Shown here: positions 52,479-64,000 of the stretch, piece after piece
How the letters are laid out: each line of letters opens with the position of its first letter
Numbering within the stretch: the first letter of the stretch is position 1
NCBI RefSeq assembly: GCF_001194135.2
Contig: NC_068983.1
Coordinates: 108,958,872-109,022,871 of the forward strand
Length of the DNA: 64,000 nt
Direction of reading: 5' to 3'
From: Octopus bimaculoides
Lineage: Eukaryota
Program-made: the position numbers and the translations under genes
The notes under the pieces: model-generated
What the model was told of the DNA's origin: nothing
Databases searched by the model: none
What the model saw: only the letters and a program-made list of their open reading frames with translations

Positions 52479-52592
52479 AATAACCAGCAAAAGTGGACTC
52501 CTATATGCTAGAAATAGATGCCGAATCATCTAACCACGAAGAATATGTTCTCAGTACTGAGAACATATAGGAGTCCACTTTTGCTGGTTATT
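52479..52592. repeat. Nested fold-back inverted repeat
   Basis: 29-bp perfect arms (52479-52507 and 52564-52592) with a 26-bp perfect palindrome at 52543-52568. Confidence 0.9.
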
Positions 52593-52914
52593 TCTCTTAT
52601 TTGTGTATGTAATTTAATCTTAATCTTCGGATTTTTTAATATGCTGGACCACTGGTTTTAATTGATTAATATCAATTTCTACCCTTATTATTAAATTATA
52701 TATATCTATATATATATTTGTTATTATACACTTTGTGAGGCATGTCTTATGTCCTATTGGATTATACCTTGAACTTGCAAAGTTGTTTCCTTTCTAATGA
52801 GCTGGAATTTAATTGATGTTTCTTTATTAAGGGAATACTACTCTAACCAGGTTTCTACATGAAGTGCTGATGAGGTGATAGCCTGGGTTAAAATCATCAT
52901 TGTTTAATGTCCAT

Positions 52915-53195
52915 CTTGGTCTAGTGGTTAAGGTGTTGCACGTACGATCGTGAGATCATGGTTTCAGTTCCTAGACTAGGTTCTATGTTGTGTTTGTGAG
53001 CAAAGCATTTCAGCTAACATTGCTCTGCAATCACTTCAACACCTGACATGTGGTACATCGTACACCTATTCAGGCAGCATCATTCTGATGGAGGGAGTGA
53101 GCTAATGTACAGCATATATGTTTGATCACTATAAACAAATCATTAGTGCAGGTTGTTTGCCAAAAGCTGAACACTCATACATCATGTTCGATGGA
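52915..53195 (+). mobile_element. CORE-type tRNA-derived SINE
   Basis: ggtctagtggttaaggtg A-box, ggtttcagttcc B-box-like, and gtgtttgtgagcaaagc core. Confidence 0.7.
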
Positions 53196-53202
53196 AGACT
53201 CT

Positions 53203-53244
<42 letters not shown>

Positions 53245-53374
53245 CACACGTATATATATAGATATAGATAGATAGATAGATAGATAGACAGACAGACAAA
53301 TAAATATGTAGAGAGATAGATGTACATATATATGTATATCTGTATATACACATGTGTGTTTGATATATGTGTTT

Positions 53375-53484
53375 CATATCATGTTGAAAACACTGGTTCT
53401 CATCTGATCACCGAAGCTGAGCAACATTGAGCATTGTTGGTACTTAGATGGGTGACCAGTTGGGAAACATAGGTGCTATAAACA
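53375..53484 (+). pseudogene. 5S rRNA pseudogene (lacks about 9 nt at the 5' end, CpG-decayed)
   Basis: catatcatgttgaaaacactggttctcatctgatcaccgaagctgagcaac...gtacttagatgggtgacc...tgggaa...ggtgcta matches the metazoan 5S sequence, including the internal promoter boxes. Confidence 0.9.
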
Positions 53485-53487
53485 TCT

Positions 53488-53660
53488 GTGAGCATGCTAG
53501 TGATATTTCCTGTCTTAATGATCTGAGTTCAAATTCTGTCAGGGTCAAGTTTGCCTTTCATCTTTTAGGGTTGACAAAATAAGTACCAGTTGAATACTGA
53601 GGTCAGTAATTGATTTCCCTCCTCCCCTGAAATTGCTGGCCTTGTACCAAAATGTGAAAC
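53488..53660 (+). mobile_element. Deu/Nin-domain SINE body lacking its A-box head, directly joined to the 5S copy
   Basis: ctgagttcaaattc, ttgcctttcatcttttagggttgacaaaataagtaccag, and the tail aaattgctggccttgtaccaaaa. Confidence 0.75.
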
Positions 53661-54089
53661 TAATATTAAATATGTGTAACCTTTAATCACAAATTTCCTC
53701 TACCAACGGTATATATCTGCAGGCCACGATATGTTTATCATCCATTCCTAGTCCACAGCCATGGATTCTAATGAACTGAAATCTATTTTTTGAGCTTTTT
53801 GGTGGCCAAGAATTTTATTTGGATAGCACTCTTATGGTAATACAACATAGTCTTTGATATAAAGAGGTTTTAGCTATCAATATCTATTCTTGGACAATTA
53901 TTAAATTACAACATAGAACCTAGTCTTGGAACTGAAACCATGATCTCACCATGAAAATTGCAAATATTCAGTTTTGGATTAAATTGTAACAGACATACAG
54001 ACAGAGACATGTACTCTCTGTCTGTCTCTCTCTCTCCCTCTCACTCTGTCAAATATGCAAACTTATACAAAAACTGATTTAATTGTTTT

Positions 54090-54415
54090 AGCAGTTCTGT
54101 TGCTCAGTGTTTAGAACGTTGGGCTCACAATCAATAGGTAATGAGTTCAATTCCCAGACTGGGCTGTGTGTTGTGTTGTTGAGCAAGACACTTTATTCCA
54201 CATTGCTCCAGTTCACATATATGTGGAAGTGAGTTGTGACATCACTGGTGTCAAGCTGCATAGTCCTTTGCCTTTCCCTTGGATAACATCAGTGACATGG
54301 AGAGGGGAGACTGGTATGCATGGGCAACTGCTGGTCTTGTACCTGTACCTCAGAGGGTAACTTTCTAGGTGCAATCCCATTGGTCATTCATGACCGAAGG
54401 GGATCTTTACTATTT
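54090..54415 (+). mobile_element. tRNA-derived CORE-type SINE (long subfamily)
   Basis: Collinear with 20985-21345. Confidence 0.8.
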
Positions 54416-55229
54416 ACTGATTATCAAATAGCTTTGTGCATTAAGAAAACAGGAATTAGCATTTTACAATCATCAGTCTCTAAAACCAAAATCACTTATC
54501 AGGCTGTGGAATTCACTTGAATCAAATTGATATCTGCTAGTGTATATCAGTAGTATATATTAGTATAAATCACAAGGCTACAACCAAACAAACATAGTGC
54601 CTAATGTTTATTTCGTTTAGTTTTATTGATTTTATTTGTTCTGTATTATATTAAATTATAATGACAAATACACTAAAAGAGTTACATTAAAATTTTTCTT
54701 TAAAGCAATAGATATTTTATGTTGCTAATAAAGGTAATAATTCTACAAAATTTCTGGACATTTAGCTACATAGATATTAAACTATTAAAAATATAGGGTA
54801 CATTACTATAACAGTTTCTCAACAAATTCAGAGTAATATCATTTATACTTCTAACATATAAATATTTAAAAAAAATATTAGCCTACTAAAAATCTAGTAA
54901 TATCCACAATAGAATCATAATATAAAACAGTATGCAGTGAATTTTCTTGACAAAATTTTCCTGTTCAGATTATAATTTACTCATCTATTCCCATTGATGG
55001 AAAATGTCTTATACTTGAAATATGATGTTGATTTTAGTTCCTTCCTTACATACATTCATTATCTTGTCCAATCATAATAATAATTTTTAAGTTACATTCT
55101 TTTAAAATGATTCTAATATAATGTAACTATATTCAATTACAGATGAATAAAAGTCAGGGTTGACCCAAGTAGATGATCTTCTTATCATGTCTACTTCAAT
55201 CCATGCTTTGCATTATTTACACACACACA

Positions 55230-56035
55230 CACACATCATCACCATCATCATCATCATCATCATCATTATCATCATCATTTAATGTCCATTTCCCATGCTG
55301 GCATGAGTTGGATGGTTTGACTGAAAACTGGTTAACTGGGGAACTGGGGAACTGCACCAGATTCCAACCTGATTTCTATGGCTGGATGCCCTTTCTAACA
55401 CTAACCAATCCAAAAGTGCAGTGGGTGCTTTTTTATGTGCCACAAGCATGGGTGCCAGTTACAAAACACTGGCATTGTCCACAAATACAATCTCCCTTGG
55501 CTTGATGGTGCTTCTCAAGCATGGTATGTCACCAAAGGTCTTGGTCACTGCCTCCATGAAGCCCAATGTTCAAAGGGTGCTTTTTTACATGCCATTGGCA
55601 TGGATGCCAGTTATGTGATACTGGTGTCAGCCATGACAACAATTTCACTTGGCATATCACCCAACATTTGAAGAGTGCTTTTTTATATTCCACCAGCACA
55701 GGTACCACTTACACAACACTGGCATTGGCTACAAATGTGATTTCACCTGGCTTGATGAGTCTTCTCAAGCATGGCATATCGCCAAACGTCTTGGTCACTT
55801 TTCATTGCCTCCATGAGGCCCATCATTCAAAGATCTTGCTTCACCACCTCATCCCATGTCTTCCTGGGTCTGCCTCTTCCACAGGTTCTCTCCACCATTA
55901 AGTGAACCACTTCTTCACACAGCTGTCCACATCCATATGCATCACATGACCATACCAGTGCAGTCATCTCTCTTGCACATAATATCTGATGCCTCTTATA
56001 TACCCAACTTTAACAAAATAAAAACCATCTACTCT
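55230..56035 (-). mobile_element. RTE LINE 3' portion: ORF C-terminus, tandemly repeated 3' UTR and (CAT)n tail
   Basis: The minus strand reads WYGHVMHMDVDSCVKKW...CGRGRPRKTWDEVVKQDL at ~55840-55970, followed by repeated UTR units and the tail. Confidence 0.8.
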
Positions 56036-58199
56036 TTTGAAATATGACATCATATCTTTTATTAATACACTTGTAATGGTTTTATGGAGATGTTGATGTG
56101 TCATGTTTCAGTTGAGATAAAGATGGATTCAAGTTTGATTCTCAGGTGTCACCGAGTGTGTAAATGGTTATGGTTTGAAGACATCCGAGGAATATATGAC
56201 AGATGATGATAATAGTTGAAATAGCCTTTATTTTACCGTTACCATATAAAAATAACTGCTTTGAGTTGTACAAGGATTAGTTCAATTTCTGTTGCTCATT
56301 TCAATGATAGTTGTGTCCATTCATCTATGTGACTGTTAAGATATGGATGGAAGAAGAAGGAGAGAGAAAGAATAAGAGAATTTAACCTCTCTGGCTTGAG
56401 AAATAGAGAAGGTGAAAGTTGTATTCTCCTCAGTGAAATGGTAGGGATGATCTTCTGCTGGATGAAAGCAAAGCAAAGCACTGAGTAAATGAGGAAGAAT
56501 TGGAATTGGGTCCTGTATTTATAAATTAGGTCAGGTTAAACAAAGGAATTTTTGTGTGTTATCTGGTTTAAATAGTATTTAAATTAGTGATTTTCAGGAA
56601 ACAATAGTACTTATCTAAATATGACAGTTGACTCTCATAAGCTGCCTAGTGCTAATGCCAACAACAATAAGAGGAGACTTGTAGAAAAATCTAGACTAGG
56701 TTTTGAATCCCCTTTAAAAATCCAGGAAGTGATTTGCTTTATGCTATTTCAAAAAGACTTAATTTTCCTTTGAGAGTTATAAAAATGCTTTGGTATGAAT
56801 TATCATTGACTTTATTTTGATTTTGTTTCACTATAGCTTTTATTAATTTAATTTGGCATAGTGTTTTCCCTTGATGATAACATGTCATCCATTTGTCTCT
56901 TTCACTCGCAAAGGTATCTGCATCTGTGAAATACAACTGAAACTGAATCAAAATGTTCAGCAGCAACAATCTCTACATCCCACAACACTCTCTATCTCAT
57001 TTTTCAAAAATACACACTACAAATCATAATCATTATTTCTGAAATTTACATCAATTTTGTATTACCTCCAAACCATAATTCAACCATGTAAATGACTTGT
57101 ACAACCATTTCACAAACATATAAATAGTAGGGAGAAACCATCTAATTTTGTGAGGAAAAGACATATTTGTTTCGTTATTTAGTTGTCTTTTTTTTTTTTA
57201 TATTTTGTTATTTAGCTATTAAATGGAGAGTAAAATTATGACCTATGGATCATCAAAAACCACATATGAATTAGAAGTAAGGAAAGAGGAATCCAAATGG
57301 AAATTGGTACTCTGAATGTAACTGAAAATTGGTAAATGGTAATGATGGGATACACTTAATTTTGATTTCATGTTTTCAGTGTATTCTCTGTTTATCCTGT
57401 TTGCAATATATGTTTTCATATGCATGTATAATTTATGTTTAATCAACAGATATATTGCGTGGTCGTGTAAGAGGAGATATGATTTTATATATTTGTATCA
57501 AATGGATGTTAATATCTCAGCAGTCAAAACAAGAATTATCTAGGGATTAATCAAATAAGAAAAAGGGAAAAGAAAGAAAAAAAACACACCATAAAACACT
57601 CTACTACAATTTTCATTATAATTCTTGGAATCATTTAATCTGAAGAAGATTCTTGTGAGACATTCTATATACAGGCATTGATACTGTGAAAGTAGAGACA
57701 TCATAATTTTACACTTGGTATTCCTGATTTCAAAACAATAGATTGCCTGCTCATGTTCTGCTTTTAAAGCTATATGGAAAACAAGGAATGGCACACAACT
57801 GTGAAATAATGACTCAATGATATATTCATCTAACCCATGCTGTATATCATCCAGTTATTCTTTATTCATTATATTCACACAACTCATGCATTTCTCATTT
57901 CTCACTCTCCCATCGTTCCTGCAACTTCTGTCCACCCTCATTCCTGATCCTTCTGCCCCTATTCACTTCTGCTCACTTCACACTTTGAGGATTACCATGA
58001 ACACTTCATAGCTGCTACTTTTATCTCTTCCCTAATCCACCCCAATTATACCCCACTAACTCTCTTTTAAAATGTTAATAGCCATATAGACCCACAATAG
58101 CAAGAAGCCAGTCCTCTTCAAGCCCCTTCTCTCATACTTTAACCCCCTCGTATCCTAGAATAAAACTGTTTTCTGAAGGCTGATGGTTTTCAAGCTGTA

Positions 58200-58405
58200 T
58201 GGCAACCTCACTAATACTGGTCACATGAAAAAAAGCTTCCAATACATGCTATAAATTAGCTGGTATTAGGAAAGTCATCCAACCACAGAATCCATGCCAA
58301 AGTAGGTACAGGGATACATTACAGTCCTTGGACCCATCAGACCCCGTCAAACTATCCAACACATGCCAATATGGAACATGGATGTTAAATCATGATGATA
58401 ATAAA
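58200..58405 (+). mobile_element. RTE-tail retroposon 3' end
   Basis: ggtattaggaaagtcatcc...catgccaatatggaacatggatgttaaatcatgatgat. Confidence 0.65.
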
Positions 58406-58424
58406 GATGATATGTGTGTGTGTG

Positions 58425-58479
<55 letters not shown>

Positions 58480-59169
58480 NNNNNNNNNNNNNNNNNNNNN
58501 NNNNNNNNNNNNNNNNNNNNNNNNNNNNNNNNNNNNNNNNNNNNNNNNNNNNNNNNNNNNNNNNNNNNNNNNNNNNNNNNNNNNNNNNNNNNNNNNNNNN
58601 NNNNNNNNNNNNNNNNNNNNNNNNNNNNNNNNNNNNNNNNNNNNNNNNNNNNNNNNNNNNNNNNNNNNNNNNNNNNNNNNNNNNNNNNNNNNNNNNNNNN
58701 NNNNNNNNNNNNNNNNNNNNNNNNNNNNNNNNNNNNNNNNNNNNNNNNNNNNNNNNNNNNNNNNNNNNNNNNNNNNNNNNNNNNNNNNNNNNNNNNNNNN
58801 NNNNNNNNNNNNNNNNNNNNNNNNNNNNNNNNNNNNNNNNNNNNNNNNNCTTTTACTCCCCAAATTCTCTCATGATTTTGAAGTATGTAGAAAAGAAACC
58901 CCTTAGGATTTTGAACCTCATACACTCTACGTACACACTCTACTGGCTGTTTAAAATCGACATTCGTCAGTCACTATAACATTTATCCACCTCCTGCATT
59001 TCCGTCACTCCTATCCTTTCTAGCAGTGGCGGCACAACATTACAATGCACCAAGTTCACTCTATTATGTGTAAGGTTGAGAGAAAAGGATCCTTTACAGT
59101 TTTGATAAGTGCCGTACATGAAACTCTCATCCTCTCAATCAGTTCTGAAATTTTTTAGTCAATTTAAAA

Positions 59170-59330
59170 GTAGGTGTGACTGTGGTAAGATGTTAGCTTC
59201 TCAACCAAATGGTTCTGGGTTCAGTCCCACTGAGTGACGTCTTGGGCAATTGCATTCGGTTATAGCCCTGCACCGACCAAAGCCTTAGGAGTGCATTTGG
59301 TAGATGGAAAATAAAACAAGGTTCTGTATA
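59170..59330 (+). mobile_element. Bipartite SINE, 5' half
   Basis: gtgactgtggtaag...ggttcagtcccactg...gatttggtagatggaaa-type signature. Confidence 0.75.
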
Positions 59331-59449
59331 CATCCAGATATACGCACATACATACATATATATGAATGTACATACATATGCACATGCATACAAACATACA
59401 TGCATACATATATACATACATACACACACATACATACATACATACATAC

Positions 59450-59699
59450 AGGAGGGGATCGACACTTTTGAGCGAGCATGTATCCAGCATGAAGAACTTA
59501 AGCGAGGTGAGTGAAAGCACATGGCTTGTATAGTAAATGAGGAAAGCTTGGTCTGCAATGTTTGCAGTCGTGTATGCTTGTTAAGAGCAGGGCTCATTAG
59601 CTACCAACGGAGCCACAAATGCAAAATATAAGTTAGTCCCAGAGCACACAATGTTCCTGAAAGTCGGCAATGGTCTTCCTCGGTCACGAGCGGACGCCC

Positions 59700-59725
<26 letters not shown>
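59450..59725 (+). mobile_element. 3' end of an RTE (BovB-like) LINE with terminal C2H2-like finger and (ATT)n tail
   Basis: Translates CNVCSRVCLLRAGLISYQRSH, followed by the UTR ...ggcaatggtcttcctcggtcacgagcggacgcc and attattatt. Confidence 0.75.
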
Positions 59726-59777
<52 letters not shown>

Positions 59778-59801
59778 GTATATACATATATATGTGCATA
59801 C

Positions 59802-59855
<54 letters not shown>

Positions 59856-60197
59856 ATACATATATATATATGTATATACATACACACACACACACACGCA
59901 CATATATATATATTGATATAAAAGGTAAGACAACAACAGAAAGAAAGAGGCCTCGATATTATGTAAATAGAGGAATTTATCTGTCACATTATTTACAGAT
60001 ATATATATATATCCTCAGTAAACCATAAATCTGAAAGAAAAGCACACTCTAGGCCACCAATAATTAGAGTCTGACCAGACATGAGTAGAGCTAAGCATTT
60101 TATGGACATGAAACCCTGTGGCCATAACTGTCTTTCTCAAAGTTCCTCAGCATGGCCACAGCTCATGAGCTGAAACTAGATAAAATGCAAAATGAAA

Positions 60198-60233
<36 letters not shown>

Positions 60234-60558
60234 CACATTTATATATGATCGTATTCCACCTGATGAAGCACCAACATATGGCTCTTGATGAAAATATTCA
60301 ACTCTATCGTAATTATAAAGAATAATCTTGTGTAATGGTATATGAATAAAATTCGGCAACTCAAAGCTGGTGTACAGTGCAGAAACAAATGTTGCATTCT
60401 ACTATTAAGGCCTTCATGTTATATTATTCATAGACACACACACACGCACATATATATAGAGAGAGATAGAGAGAAAGATATATATAAATATTTGTGCACT
60501 TTTATGTGTGTAAGTGAGTGAGAGAGAGAAAGAAAGAGAAAGATATATATATATATAT

Positions 60559-60600
<42 letters not shown>

Positions 60601-61527
60601 TTATAAATTAAAACATAGGGTAAAAATCAGTTATTAATTAATATCGATTTATTACCAGGAAGCTAGCACATTGAAAGAATCCAAGAGATTCAGAAAAAAT
60701 ATCTGAGATCTTAGGGGATTAAGGTATATTTTATATATATGAAGTTGACCAGTAAAGTGGACATTTAATATGCTAGAAATATAGGAAACTAATAGATTTT
60801 ATACAGGGTTGCAAGGAGAAGTGCTCAGAATAATTGAGACAAGAGTAAAATGTTAGGATTGATACCTGCTGGGTGCTGTATTTGTCTTTTGACCCATGTT
60901 TTTTTGTGAACTTTTGGAATTGGTGAGCAGAAATGGATTTTACATGCTAATACCTGCTGGGTGCTTGTATTCACCTTTGACCTGTGTTTTTGTGATCTCT
61001 CGTGTATACTAAACTTGATACGGACTGCTGTTTTAAATTATAAATTATACCAGAGGGAAATATACAACTTCATATTTTAACTCTAATAATGTTAAATCAT
61101 TTAAAATTTTTAACCGATAGACTATTTTGTTTTACCTCATCTCTTTATTTTATTTTATATCGATCTATATTATATATTTGAATTTTTAATCGTATTAATT
61201 CTAACTTTAACTTGATTTGGAACTTTTATGAAATGAGATATATGTATATTATGTTATACCTTCAACTCAAATTTATTATTCTTAATTTATTTGTATGTTA
61301 TCGGTTGAAATAATATATTTGTGTATACATTTTTATATTATATGTTCTATATCTTGCATCTTACTTCTTATATATTTCTTATTCATTTATTTATTTTATT
61401 TTTCTTACGTTATTTTTATAACCCTTTATTCCTTGTTTGGTGGATTATGTTGTATTTCTTATATATGATCATTGAGGGAGTGTGGTATGTTGAGTCGTTA
61501 ACCTAATGTTATTATTCTATAACTAAT

Positions 61528-61559
<32 letters not shown>

Positions 61560-61606
61560 CATACACATACATACAAATATATATATATATACACAGATAT
61601 ACATAT

Positions 61607-61645
<39 letters not shown>

Positions 61646-61651
61646 AATATA

Positions 61652-61792
61652 CAACGAGCTTCTTTCAGTTTCCGTCTACCAAATCCACTCACAAGGCTTT
61701 GGTCAGCCCGAGGCTATAGTAGAAGACACTTGTCCAAGGTGCCATGCAGTGGAACTGAACCCGGAACCATGTGGTTGGTAAGCAAGCTACTT
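61652..61792 (-). mobile_element. Bipartite SINE 5' half, head interrupted
   Basis: Reverse complement of the family. The first ~25 nt of the head are missing and the LINE tail abuts here. Confidence 0.8.
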
Positions 61793-62550
61793 TATTTCAT
61801 TAACGATTTGCCATGAAGGCATTACAAAGAGGGGACGAACAAGGACAGACAAACATAAAGGGTGTAGTAGCTGCTATTTAGCGATTAGATGCAAAAATAT
61901 AATACAAAAATATAATTACTATATTACAAGTTTTCTTATTCGGCGTTGCTCATTACGATTTGTAATGACTGCTCTGAAGGACAGGCATCCGACCACCAGG
62001 GTAGACCCCTTGCTTGTTCCCCGCTTTTCTGGCTTTCACTTACCTGGAGTCAGATACTCCCAGCTTTCTCACCACAGGCTTCCATCTTCTCATGAATCTC
62101 TCTCATGACAGGCACCTCTTCTCTAGCCTGATCTTACTCCTGAGGTGGTAACTAAAAGAGTTAACCAACCCCTGGCCAGATACAAAGGTACCCGTCACTA
62201 TTCCTCTCACACGCGTCTTCCATACTGTTTCTTTCAGTATGCCTACAATGCAGAAAAAGCAAGCCTTCCTTTCCCTGTTAAAGGAAGGAGGCAGCACAAT
62301 CTTGATAATAGATTCAGCTGATAGCTGTACTCTTCCCATCGATGACAACAGTTGTTCTGCGGAAATTATCAGTCCCATTAATTCCGAACATCCCACAAAT
62401 GCGTGCAAGACAGTTTCCCTGTCCTGCCCGCACCTCGGACATGTTGGTGAGACGGCACTTCCATGACTTGACAGTTTGTCACGAACAGGTAACACCACAC
62501 GAAAGCACTGCCAAGCCAGGGATTTCTGGTAATTGTCCACCACACAGCCA
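61791..62550 (-). mobile_element. 3' portion of an L1/Tx1-like non-LTR retrotransposon (zf-RVT region and 3' UTR)
   Basis: ORF 62103-62543 reads LAWQCFRVVLPVRDKL..HG....TCPRCGQDRETVLHAFVGC...VWKTR, the C-x2-C...E..H..C zf-RVT pattern. An A-rich end (gaaataaag) lies at 61791. Confidence 0.8.
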
Positions 62551-63956
62551 CTCCTATATATATATANNNNNNNNNNNNNNNNNNNNNNNNNNNNNNNNNN
62601 NNNNNNNNNNNNNNNNNNNNNNNNNNNNNNNNNNNNNNNNNNNNNNNNNNNNNNNNNNNNNNNNNNNNNNNNNNNNNNNNNNNNNNNNNNNNNNNNNNNN
62701 NNNNNNNNNNNNNNNNNNNNNNNNNNNNNNNNNNNNNNNNNNNNNNNNNNNNNNNNNNNNNNNNNNNNNNNNNNNNNNNNNNNNNNNNNNNNNNNNNNNN
62801 NNNNNNNNNNNNNNNNNNNNNNNNNNNNNNNNNNNNNNNNNNNNNNNNNNNNNNNNNNNNNNNNNNNNNNNNNNNNNNNNNNNNNNNNNNNNNNNNNNNN
62901 NNNNNNNNNNNNNNNNNNNNNNNNNNNNNNNNNNNNNNNNNNNNNNNNNNNNNNNNNNNNNNNNNNNNNNNNNNNNNNNNNNNNNNNNNNNNNNNNNNNN
63001 NNNNNNNNNNNNNNNNNNNNNNNNNNNNNNNNNNNNNNNNNNNNNNNNNNNTATAGATATATATATATATATATGTATATATATCGTTCGTAGTGGTCTT
63101 AGGCCTGAAGACATGCCATAAGGGACTAAACCCCTTATGAGCAAAAAACCCACTTTAACCCCATAAACCGACTTATTCCATTATACATATATAGGCATAT
63201 AATTATTTATACATACGTACACACACACACAAAAACACGTGCGTACGTACGTACGTATTTATGTCTACTATTAAGCTATGCGTAATGTGTATTTTGCCCT
63301 TTACACCATTTGGCATTCTAAAATTGCCTATTAATACGCTTTCTTAAGTAAATTCATAATGTTTGCATCTTAGTTTCCGAATTTAAACCAGCGTGATATA
63401 TGGAACATTATTTATGGCCAAATATCGCCATGAACAGCTTATTCATATCTGCATATATATACATGTATATCAACGTATTTCAATTCCAAAACTAGCCTTT
63501 CAGTTTGCGGCTTATGTACGGTCTAAGGGAAGCAAATCGAATATTGTAAGTACTTAGTAGCAATTAATTCCCTTTATAAATTTTACCGATGAGAAAACTC
63601 GTTGTGCATAAAATGGTTAATGGGATTTCATATTGCATAATGTATGAAAATTCGTTGCTTACCTATTTAGGAATAACTTTCAGGATCACATACTCTTTAC
63701 TATAGTTACAAGCATAATCTGCGTGTGTATTTTTATGTATATGCTTAAACGTGTGTGCATGTGCGTGTATATTACACAAACACACACACACATACAAGCA
63801 CACACACACACATACAAATACACATACACACACATTTATAAGGATACAACAATAAACATTACAAATATGATGATGATATACATACACACACATGTGTGTG
63901 TGTATATATAAATGAGTGCATGTATGTGAATGCACATATATATATATATAATACAA

Positions 63957-64000
<44 letters not shown>

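Noticed and set aside
58935-58980. Minus-strand CUGACGA...UAAACAGC motif
   Set aside because: GAAA is mutated and there is no stem I pairing.
60255-60310. CUGAUGA-AGC..GCU...GAAA string
   Set aside because: A 6-nt insertion precedes GAAA and there is no stem I.
63095-63155. CUGAAGA followed by the hairpin CAUAAGGG/CCCUUAUG
   Set aside because: There is no GAAA core or stem I, so it is a simple hairpin in a young repeat.

Overview
This is AT-rich eukaryotic DNA with many assembly gaps, nearly all flanked by (TA)n or (TG)n microsatellites. The SINE and LINE families look like cephalopod (Octopus) repeats; this is recognition from memory, not a database result. The window contains no intact protein-coding gene, and most entries in the ORF track are artefacts of microsatellites or N runs. 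Host-gene signals are limited to three: a CpG-rich, ETS-motif promoter with a 5' exon on + (~40.3-40.5 kb), one well-bounded 68-nt exon on - (3188-3255), and a candidate first exon on - (~18.2 kb). The rest is mobile-element debris: a Penelope-like (PLE) GIY-YIG remnant, RTE, R4/Dong-like and L1/Tx1-like LINE fragments, a maT-type Tc1/mariner transposon, CORE-type and Deu/Nin-type SINEs, a 5S rRNA pseudogene and a tRNA-like cassette. The most interesting hidden signal is a set of small type-I hammerhead ribozyme (HHR) motifs in several apparently unrelated repeats. Two have canonical cores (22235-22295 on -, 49116-49163 on +). One has a U3-A8 compensatory core and lies just downstream of the PLE endonuclease (1951-1989). 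A two-copy family has a CUGUUGA core (5543-5577, 7128-7163), and one decayed motif lies at 48553-48594. Also notable are a 5S rRNA copy fused to a head-less Deu/Nin-type SINE and recurrent fold-back inverted duplications at LINE truncation points. All RNA structures were folded by eye; no activity is demonstrated.
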